A stretch of DNA of 64,000 bases from the IMG/VR virus record IMGVR_UViG_2935109043_000001, positions 1-64,000 of that record. The stretch is one strand, 5' to 3'. Shown here piece by piece: positions 57,032 through 64,000 of the stretch. Origin of the DNA: a virus (taxonomy: Duplodnaviria; Caudoviricetes). A program made the position numbers and the translations under genes. Within the stretch, counting starts at the first letter, position 1, and every line of letters starts with the position of its first letter. The notes under the pieces are model-generated. The model was given only the letters and a program-made list of their open reading frames with translations, did not search any database and had not been told where the DNA came from.

Positions 57032-59525
57032 CCTCGCCGAGGACGCCGTCCTCCAGCACTACCGGACCCTGCCCGTACCCGAACGCCGCAGGGTCGCCCG
57101 GCGTGCCAGCCCCGAACTCCGCCTCCGCCTCGCCTGGGTCGAGCGGCAGATCGCCATGGACCGCTCACCCGGCAGCCTCGCCGCCGTCCTCACCGAAGGC
57201 CGCGAGAAGCAGGCCCGACACCTCGACATGATCGATGCGGTGTTCATGCGGATCGCGGCAGGCGAACGCATGCAGGTGATGATCACGTGCCCACCCCGGC
57301 ACGGGAAGGCGCTGGCGCTGGACACTCCGATAGCCACGCCAACAGGCTGGTCGACGATGGGCGAACTCAAGGTCGGCGATCAGGTCTTCGACGAGCAGGG
57401 TCGTCCCTGCAAGGTCACCTGGACGTCGCCCACCTGGTACGACCGGCCCTGCTTTGACGTGGTCACGGACAGCGGAGGCCACATCGTCGCCGACTACGCG
57501 CACGAGTGGAAGGCCAACCTGGACCGGCGGTGCCCGGACCGGCTTTACAACACCTGCGACCTCGCCCGCCCGCGCGGCAAGCAGGCCCTTATCTGGACGA
57601 CGGGTGCCCTCCAGCTCCCGGACCAAGACCTCCTCGTCCCGCCCTACTTGCTGGGCGCCTGGCTTGGAGACGGGCGCTCCCTGGACGGCGGTATCACCGC
57701 CGAGCCCGAAGATGCGAAGCACCTGCGATCCGTGATCCACGACCTCGGGTACGAGACAGTCCAGTGGTCCAACCCGACGGTCTTCGGGGTGAACGGGCTG
57801 CGTAGCCAGCTCCGTGAACTTGGCGTGCTCGGCAACAAGCATGTGCCGGCGAAGTACCTGCGGGGGTCCGCCGCGCAGCGCAGAGCCCTGCTCCAAGGTC
57901 TGGTGGACACTGATGGGTACGTGGCCAAGGACGGCCAAGTTGAGTTCTGCAGCATCAAGCGTGACCTCGCAGAAGCCGTCCAGGAGCTGGTGTACAGCCT
58001 GGGCGGGAAGGCCTCACTCATCGTCGGTGACGCGATGCTCAACGGGCGCTTCATCAGCAAGAAGTACCGCGTCATGTTCTACATGGAAGGGGTCGCCCGG
58101 CTGCCCCGTAAGGCGGTCCTGTGCCGCAGCGGGATACGTGCCAACCGGCACTACGTGATGGCCATGCGCCGCAGCGCCACGGCCACCCGCTGTATCGAAG
58201 TGGACTCGCCGTCGCACCTCTTCCTGGCTGGCCGAGCGATGATCCCCACCCACAACAGCCAGCGGGCATCACGCTGGGGTCCCCTCTGGTACCTGCGACG
58301 CAACCCCACCGCCCGCGTCATGCTCGCCTCCTACGGCGCCGACCTCGCCGACGACCACGGCCGCTGGGTCCGCGACCAGCTCCGCGACTACGCACCCACC
58401 CTCGGCATCCGCCTCGACGACGGCAGCCGGGCCGCCAACCGCTTCGACCTCGAAGCGCCCCGCAACTCGTCCGTGCGAGGCGGCATGGTCACCGCTGGCG
58501 TCGGGGGGTCTCTGAATGGCAAGGGATTTTCGCTAGGCATCATCGACGACCCGTTCAAGGGCTCCGACGACGCCAACAGTCCAGCTCAGCGCGACCGCGT
58601 GTGGAACTGGTACCAGTCGGTCTTCTACACCCGCCGGGCCCCCGGCGCCTCCATGATCTTGATCAACACCCGCTGGCACGAAGACGACCTCTCAGGGCGC
58701 ATCCTCTCCGTCGAACCCGAGAACTGGACCCTCATCGACCTCCCCGCCCTCGCCATGTCCGCCGACGACCCCCTCGGACGCGCCCCCGGTGACGCCCTGT
58801 GGCCCGAGCAGTACGACGCCGAGGAGCTGGCCCGCACCAAACGCGCGGTCGGCGAACGCGTCTGGTGGGCGCTCTACCAGCAGCAGCCCCGCCCCCTCGA
58901 AGGCGGCGTGTGGCAGTGGGCGTGGATCACCGCCAACCGCATCAGCCCCGCCGCGATGCGCGGTATTGACCTGTCTCGCATCGTCGTTGCCATCGACCCA
59001 TCTGGCGGCGCTGGCGGAGCGAACGATGAGACCGGCATCGTCGCCGCTGGCCGCACCCGCGATGGCCAGTACTACGTGCTGGAGGACCGCTCCGGCCGGC
59101 ACGGCGCCAACGCGTGGGGCCGCGAAGCGTGCCTCCGCGCCGTCGAGCTGCGCGCGGACGCGTTCGTCGTCGAGACGAACTTCGGCGGCGACATGACGAA
59201 GCAGGTACTCATCCAGGCGTGGCAGGAGCTTGAGCGGCAGGACGCCACCGCAGGTATGCCCATGCCGCGGATCGTGGAGGTCGTCGCCAAGCAGGGCAAG
59301 CGACTGCGTGCGGAGCCGATCGCTCAGCTCTACGAGCAGGGACTCGTCCATCACGTGGGGGAGTGGCCGGCGCTGGAGACGCAGATGGTGACGTGGCTGC
59401 CTGGCATGGACTCCCCGGACCGCATGGACGCCGCGGTGCACGCGCTGACTGAGCTGGCCGATCCGGCGTCGACGGGCCTGGGTACGGGCGCCTACCAGGA
59501 CCAGCGGCTGCGGGGCAGGCGGTGA
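57015..59525 (+). CDS. terminase large subunit containing an intein
   Basis: PPRHGK/S Walker A split by intein; IIDDP; TRWHEDDL; VAIDP; SPDRMDA. Confidence 0.95.
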   Translation: MTTPTDLAEDAVLQHYRTLPVPERRRVARRASPELRLRLAWVERQIAMDRSPGSLAAVLTEGREKQARHLDMIDAVFMRIAAGERMQVMITCPPRHGKALALDTPIATPTGWSTMGELKVGDQVFDEQGRPCKVTWTSPTWYDRPCFDVVTDSGGHIVADYAHEWKANLDRRCPDRLYNTCDLARPRGKQALIWTTGALQLPDQDLLVPPYLLGAWLGDGRSLDGGITAEPEDAKHLRSVIHDLGYETVQWSNPTVFGVNGLRSQLRELGVLGNKHVPAKYLRGSAAQRRALLQGLVDTDGYVAKDGQVEFCSIKRDLAEAVQELVYSLGGKASLIVGDAMLNGRFISKKYRVMFYMEGVARLPRKAVLCRSGIRANRHYVMAMRRSATATRCIEVDSPSHLFLAGRAMIPTHNSQRASRWGPLWYLRRNPTARVMLASYGADLADDHGRWVRDQLRDYAPTLGIRLDDGSRAANRFDLEAPRNSSVRGGMVTAGVGGSLNGKGFSLGIIDDPFKGSDDANSPAQRDRVWNWYQSVFYTRRAPGASMILINTRWHEDDLSGRILSVEPENWTLIDLPALAMSADDPLGRAPGDALWPEQYDAEELARTKRAVGERVWWALYQQQPRPLEGGVWQWAWITANRISPAAMRGIDLSRIVVAIDPSGGAGGANDETGIVAAGRTRDGQYYVLEDRSGRHGANAWGREACLRAVELRADAFVVETNFGGDMTKQVLIQAWQELERQDATAGMPMPRIVEVVAKQGKRLRAEPIAQLYEQGLVHHVGEWPALETQMVTWLPGMDSPDRMDAAVHALTELADPASTGLGTGAYQDQRLRGRR
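57309..58256 (+). mobile_element. 316-aa intein with LAGLIDADG homing endonuclease (Ala1, class 3-like)
   Basis: ALALDTPIATPTGW start, AHEW, LLGAWLGDG, LLQGLVDTDG, RCIEVDS, IPTHN/S. Confidence 0.9.
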
Positions 59526-59675
59526 GGGGCAGAGTGTCGGCAGAGTGGTCCCACAGTGTCCCCAGAGTGGTGTCAGAAGCCCGGGAGATGTGACACGAGG
59601 TTTGCAGCCACTGATCTAAATCACGCTATGCTCGGTTGACACCCGAGCGTGCCGAACGACGCATCGGGTGCAAAA

Positions 59676-59722
59676 GGGAGACGGCGAAGCCCACCCTGCA
59701 AGGAAGACTCCGCCGTCGCCTA
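59676..59722 (-). terminator. terminator for the minus-strand peptide unit
   Basis: GACGGCGGAGTC...GGCTTCGCCGTC-TCCCTTTT on the minus strand. Confidence 0.6.
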
Positions 59723-59740
59723 TCTAACGGAAGCGCCTGG

Positions 59741-59833
59741 CTAGGAGCTGAGCCAGATCGTCCACTGGAGAGCCACCTCCAGGAAACTGACGATCAGGAA
59801 TCCCAGCGCCCAGTCGGGCGTTTCGTTCTGCAT
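59741..59833 (-). CDS. 30-aa hydrophobic peptide MQNETPDWALGFLIVSFLEVALQWTIWLSS
   Basis: RBS AAGGGAG, single TM-like helix, followed by a terminator. Confidence 0.5.
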   Translation of the reverse strand: MQNETPDWALGFLIVSFLEVALQWTIWLSS

Positions 59834-60214
59834 CACAATCGCTGCTCCCTTGCTTGCGTCAGCCTCAGGACGGCTGACTGGATTGCCAAGGGGGTGAGCG
59901 CTTGTGCGAGAGTCACCTTACTGCGCCTCACCCGCACCGACCGACCGTGCACGGCCCGTCAGGCGCCTTAGTGCGCAGTCCAGTTGCTGCGAGTCCCGTT
60001 GTCGGGCTGCGAACCCCTCTGGGATACCAGTGAGATCGTCGGGGCCCTGCTGGTGAGGCCGCTTTCGAACTGCGCGCAACGGCTCTGTTGAGTTCACTCG
60101 TTCGGGTTAAAGGGGCGGGCGAATCTTCTGTGCTGCTCCTGGGAGGCAACGCTGCCCATGTCGGCCCGTACCCTGATCAGTAGGCGCGGGGCCTGATCAT
60201 GGAGGGACTCTCCA

Positions 60215-62023
60215 GTGGGCCTCATCTCCGGAGCCCGGCAACTCGTGATCGACGCGTGGAGCTGGCTGAACTACAAGCCGATCTACGCCGACACCCGAGG
60301 CATGCCCCACCGTCGGGCTTTCCCCGAGGCCGCCGCCACCTGGGTGCCAGCCGCCGACGAACGACGACTTGCCGCGTACAAGCTCCTCGCTGCGTACACC
60401 AGCAACCAGGCCGGCGAGCTCGCCGCCCTCCGCGACGGCGACGAGGCCCGTGACCGGCGGGAATTCGGCGACCCGTCCATGTTCGTCGACACCCTCGTCG
60501 CTCACGTCCTCGGCGACGGGCAGCGCATCGTCGTCCCCGGCGCCGAAGCCGACGACGACAGCACCGACGAGCAAGCCGTCCGCGTGCAGACCCTCCTCCG
60601 CGACTGGGCGGAACGCGAACTCCTCCCCATGCGGATGCTCCAGACCGAGCAGAAGGCCGTGCCGCTCGGCGACGGCGTGTACCTCCTCCACTGGGACCAG
60701 GACAAGCGTCGCGTCCGCGTCCGCACCTACGACCCGGGCTTCTACTTCCCGGTCCTTCCCGAGGACGGCGACGGATCTGACTATCCCGAGCGTGTGCACC
60801 TCGCCTGGGAGCTGCCTGAGGACCCGAAGCGGGGCGTGAAGGCGCGGGTGCGCCGCATCACCTACGAACTTGGATGGATCGAACAGGGCGAGAGGGATGT
60901 AGTCCGAGGTGGCCTCGAAGACGCCGACAGTGACCAAGAGCCCTCGGTGCAGCCGCGGCAGTACCCGTGGAACGACGAGCCGTCCTACCGCACCTGCTAC
61001 CTGACCGACGCGACGTGGGAGCTCGGCGACCTCACCGGGCCCGTCGATGTCGACTCCCTGCCGATGGACCGTGCTTCCTTCGCGGAAGGCGTGGATGGTG
61101 TGGTACTCGACCGACGCGACCTCATGATCGATTTCGTGCCGCTTATCCACGTCCCCAACACCGTCCCCCCGGCCGAGGAGCACTGGGGGCAGTCCAGCCT
61201 CGCCAAGGCCCTCCAGGTCTTCGACGAGCTCGCCGGCGCCGACACCGACTCGTCCCGCGCGTCCGCGACGACCGGATCGCCGATCATCCACCTGTCCGGC
61301 AAGGCCGCCTCCGGCCGCAACCAGCTCGCCGTCGGCCCCGGCATGATCCTGGAGACTGGCGAAGGGGGGCGCATGGACACCGTCAACACCGCCCCGCAGC
61401 TTCAGGAACTCCGCAGCCACCGCGCCGACCTCGCCGACCGGGCCGCGGCCGTCGTTCGTCTCCCCGCTGTAGCCCTCGGCACCCTCGACCCCACTAAGGT
61501 CCCCTCCGGCTACGCCCTCGCCCTGTCCCTCGGGCCCCTCGACTCTCTGATCTCCTCGATGCGTCTCGCCCGCGCGCACAAGGACCAGCTGCTCCTCAAG
61601 TTCGTGCAGCGCCTTCACCTCGCTGGGCAGCATCCCGAATGGGAAGGCGTCACCCCGCAGCCGGCGATCCTCGTCCGCGGCCCCTACACGCCCACCGACC
61701 AGGCCGCCGTGCTGGAGCAGGTCACCACCGGAGTCGCCGGGGGAGTGCTTTCCCTGGAGACGGGGGTGCGGATGCTGCAAGAGGCCGGCTACCCGATCGA
61801 GGACACCGAGCAGGAGATACGGCAGATCGAGTCCCGCGCGTTTGCCGCGGCGAAGGATTTGGCGGATGCCCTCGGTAACGCCACCGCGGTCGCTGAGTTC
61901 CTCGACCGCAAGGCCCCCGAGGCTGAGGAGGCGCCCGACGTTCGACTCCCGCCGATCCCCGCCAACGCGGCCGAGGCCGACGCCGCCGACCCCCTCCAGG
62001 ACGGCGACGACGATGAGGCGTAA
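60215..62023 (+). CDS. phage portal protein
   Basis: Follows TerL; LGDG.Y...WD, YDPG.YFP, SGYAL, LSLETGV. Confidence 0.8.
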   Translation: MGLISGARQLVIDAWSWLNYKPIYADTRGMPHRRAFPEAAATWVPAADERRLAAYKLLAAYTSNQAGELAALRDGDEARDRREFGDPSMFVDTLVAHVLGDGQRIVVPGAEADDDSTDEQAVRVQTLLRDWAERELLPMRMLQTEQKAVPLGDGVYLLHWDQDKRRVRVRTYDPGFYFPVLPEDGDGSDYPERVHLAWELPEDPKRGVKARVRRITYELGWIEQGERDVVRGGLEDADSDQEPSVQPRQYPWNDEPSYRTCYLTDATWELGDLTGPVDVDSLPMDRASFAEGVDGVVLDRRDLMIDFVPLIHVPNTVPPAEEHWGQSSLAKALQVFDELAGADTDSSRASATTGSPIIHLSGKAASGRNQLAVGPGMILETGEGGRMDTVNTAPQLQELRSHRADLADRAAAVVRLPAVALGTLDPTKVPSGYALALSLGPLDSLISSMRLARAHKDQLLLKFVQRLHLAGQHPEWEGVTPQPAILVRGPYTPTDQAAVLEQVTTGVAGGVLSLETGVRMLQEAGYPIEDTEQEIRQIESRAFAAAKDLADALGNATAVAEFLDRKAPEAEEAPDVRLPPIPANAAEADAADPLQDGDDDEA

Positions 62024-62105
62024 CCGGGCAGGGGCAACACCTCCCGCATCTTGTGCTTTCCTTGATCTAGGCGCGGGGCCTGACTGTCCGGGAGGACTCG
62101 GCACT

Positions 62106-62822
62106 ATGCGTCGCCCCACGCACCCCCGCCACACCACGACCGCCTGGGCGCACCCGTACAGCGGACTCGCCAGCATGTTCGTGTGCTACGCCGACGGCGG
62201 CGACCCGCCGACCCCCGCACCGCAGGCCCCCAAGCCCGCACCCCCGGCCGAGCCGGTACAGGTCACCGTCACCCAGGAAGACCTCGCCAAGCTCGCCGCC
62301 AAGGAGAAGGACCAGGGGCGCCGCGCCGGCGCCAAGGCCGCCCTGGAGGACTTCGCCACCGAACACGGCTTCAGCAACGTGGACGACGCCAAGGCGTTCA
62401 TCGCCGCCGCCCGCCAGGCGCAGGAAGCCGCCCTGTCCGAGCAGGAGAAGCGCGAGAAGGCCCTCGCCGAACGTGAGGCCGCCGCCGAAGCCCGCGAGCA
62501 GGCAGCCCTCGCCCGCGAGCGTGTCGCCTCCCGCCGTGCGCTCCTCGCCGGCCTCGGCGCCACCGGCGACGACCTCGACGACGCCACCCAGCTCCTCCGC
62601 GCCGACGACGACGCCGACGACGCGGCACTCACCGCCGCAGCCGAAGCCCTCAAGGCCCGCCGGCCCGAGCTGTTCGGCGTCCCCCCGACCTCGCAGGGAC
62701 TCCCGGCCGCCCCCTCCGGCGGCCCCGCAGGAGGACCCCCCGCACGCCAGACCCCCGTCGGCAAGCCCGGCGACCGCGGACGCGAAATGCTCCGCCGCCG
62801 CGGCAAGCTCCCCGCCGCCTAA
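62106..62822 (+). CDS. capsid scaffolding protein
   Basis: Charged helical protein, LSEQEK, RPELFG; between portal and capsid genes. Confidence 0.7.
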   Translation: MRRPTHPRHTTTAWAHPYSGLASMFVCYADGGDPPTPAPQAPKPAPPAEPVQVTVTQEDLAKLAAKEKDQGRRAGAKAALEDFATEHGFSNVDDAKAFIAAARQAQEAALSEQEKREKALAEREAAAEAREQAALARERVASRRALLAGLGATGDDLDDATQLLRADDDADDAALTAAAEALKARRPELFGVPPTSQGLPAAPSGGPAGGPPARQTPVGKPGDRGREMLRRRGKLPAA

Positions 62823-62919
62823 AGCCGCACCACCGCACAACGGGACCACGCCCCTCTCCTCGTGGACGCGCCACCACCGGTGACGCCGCACCCACAGCAC
62901 AACCCTTGAGGAGAGGGCC

Positions 62920-63669
62920 GTGAACGACTTCCAGCCCATGACCGTCCTTCAGGAGGAAGCCACCGCCGACCGGCCGTGGCTCGCCTCCCTCGTCGGCACC
63001 AACGACACCAACACCATCGCCCTCGACCTGACGAAGTTCGTTGAGGGCGTCCACTACGAGCGCGGCACCTTCGGGCAGCCCCGTAACGTCCTCAAGTCCG
63101 GGCTCCCCCTCGGCAAGGTCACCGCCAGCGGCCTCTACGCCCCCTACGCGGGACCCACCAGCGAAGTCCAGACCGTCACCGTCACCGGCTCCCCGACCGG
63201 CGGCACCTACACCCTCACGTTCTCCGGGCAGACCACCGCCGGCATCCCGTACAACGCGACGGCCGCCCAGGTGAAGACGGCCCTGGAAGCCCTGTCCAAC
63301 ATCAACCCCGGCGACGTCGCCGTCACCGGCGGACCGCACCCGGCCACCCCCGTCGTCGTCACGTTCACCGGCCAGTACATGGGCGACGACCAGGCCCAGA
63401 TGACCGCCTCGGCGACGAACCTGACCGGCGGCACCAGCCCCGCCGTCACCGTCACCACCACCACGGCAGGCGGCGGCGCCGGCGCCAGCGACGGCACTCA
63501 GGTCTTCGCCGGGTTCCTCGCCACCGAGTCCCTCTTCGCGCCCGGCTCCACCAAGACCTCCGGAGCGCTCCTGTGGTTCGGCGAGGTCTTCGCCGCCAAG
63601 TGCCCCATCCCGCTCGACCCCACCGACATCACCGACACCGCTCCCGGCGTCAACATCCACTTCCGGTAA
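62920..63669 (+). CDS. head decoration protein with inserted beta-rich domain
   Basis: LKSGLPLGKVTASGLYAPY...DGTQVFAGFL split by an EVQTVTVTG.PTGGTYTLTF insert. Confidence 0.7.
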   Translation: MNDFQPMTVLQEEATADRPWLASLVGTNDTNTIALDLTKFVEGVHYERGTFGQPRNVLKSGLPLGKVTASGLYAPYAGPTSEVQTVTVTGSPTGGTYTLTFSGQTTAGIPYNATAAQVKTALEALSNINPGDVAVTGGPHPATPVVVTFTGQYMGDDQAQMTASATNLTGGTSPAVTVTTTTAGGGAGASDGTQVFAGFLATESLFAPGSTKTSGALLWFGEVFAAKCPIPLDPTDITDTAPGVNIHFR

Positions 63670-63684
63670 GGAGCCCACCCAGCC

Positions 63685-64000
63685 ATGAGCACCACTCTCG
63701 ACAGGCTCCTCCAGAACGTCACGCCGGAGGACATCAACGCCTATATCAACGGTCTGCCCACTCCGAACACGTACGCCCTCACGCAGAGCGTCATCCCGGA
63801 GCGGAAGATCTACGGGCCGAAGTTCCGCATCGAGTCGAACAAGCGCCGCGTCAACGCCGCGAAGTTCCGCGCCTTCGACACCCCGCACGCGCTGGCGAGG
63901 CGCCAGGCCGAGCGGGTCGTCAACGAGGGCATGCTGCCCCCGGTCGGCCAGACCCTGGAGATGGGGGAGCTGTCCCTGATCCTCCACCACGCCCGCCGCG
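63685..64000 (+). CDS. major capsid protein (partial, 5' end)
   Basis: RBS AAGGAG; MSTTLDRLLQNVTPED...AAKFRAFDT...LPPVGQ; open to the window end. Confidence 0.7.
   Translation, partial: MSTTLDRLLQNVTPEDINAYINGLPTPNTYALTQSVIPERKIYGPKFRIESNKRRVNAAKFRAFDTPHALARRQAERVVNEGMLPPVGQTLEMGELSLILHHARR

Larger units (their letters stand above)
129..64000. mobile_element. Mosaic prophage / plasmid-like / conjugative element; continues past the window end; left boundary approximate
   Basis: Head-packaging genes at 56.5-64 kb, ParAB and replication genes, Cre-like recombinase, TraB-like ATPase, many small phage-type ORFs; no housekeeping genes after galE. Confidence 0.85.

Noticed and set aside
59529-59577. 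Short CA(G/C)AGTG repeats after terL
   Set aside because: Only four degenerate 7-mers; too short to assign a function.

Overview
This is high-GC (roughly 70%, by eye) Streptomyces-type DNA. After the 3' end of a galE-like gene (3-128), the rest of the window is one large mosaic mobile element. It has siphovirus-type prophage parts: Sak/Rad52, C5 methyltransferase, two WhiB proteins, RusA, SSB, endonuclease VII, TerS, intein-containing TerL, portal, scaffold, head decoration and the start of the major capsid gene. It has plasmid-maintenance parts: a Cre-like recombinase, an HTH replication protein with a DciA-like gene, ParB/ParA with four parS-like palindromes, and a second iteron-bearing initiator. 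It also has an AICE-like conjugation operon with a NUDIX gene, an Spd-like membrane protein and an FtsK/TraB-like ATPase. The main candidate for an undescribed system is an MmyB-family ligand-binding regulator, a type III polyketide synthase and a 21-aa DxGWG-repeat peptide, possibly a small-molecule signalling circuit carried by the element. Other unexplained structure includes four 31-bp palindromes at G/C-skew switch points, intergenic tRNA-like minihelices, a 13-bp hairpin before three head-gene units, two cassettes sharing an identical linker and terminator, and an antisense 30-aa membrane-peptide unit between terL and portal. All family calls come from motif recognition by eye; no database searches were run.
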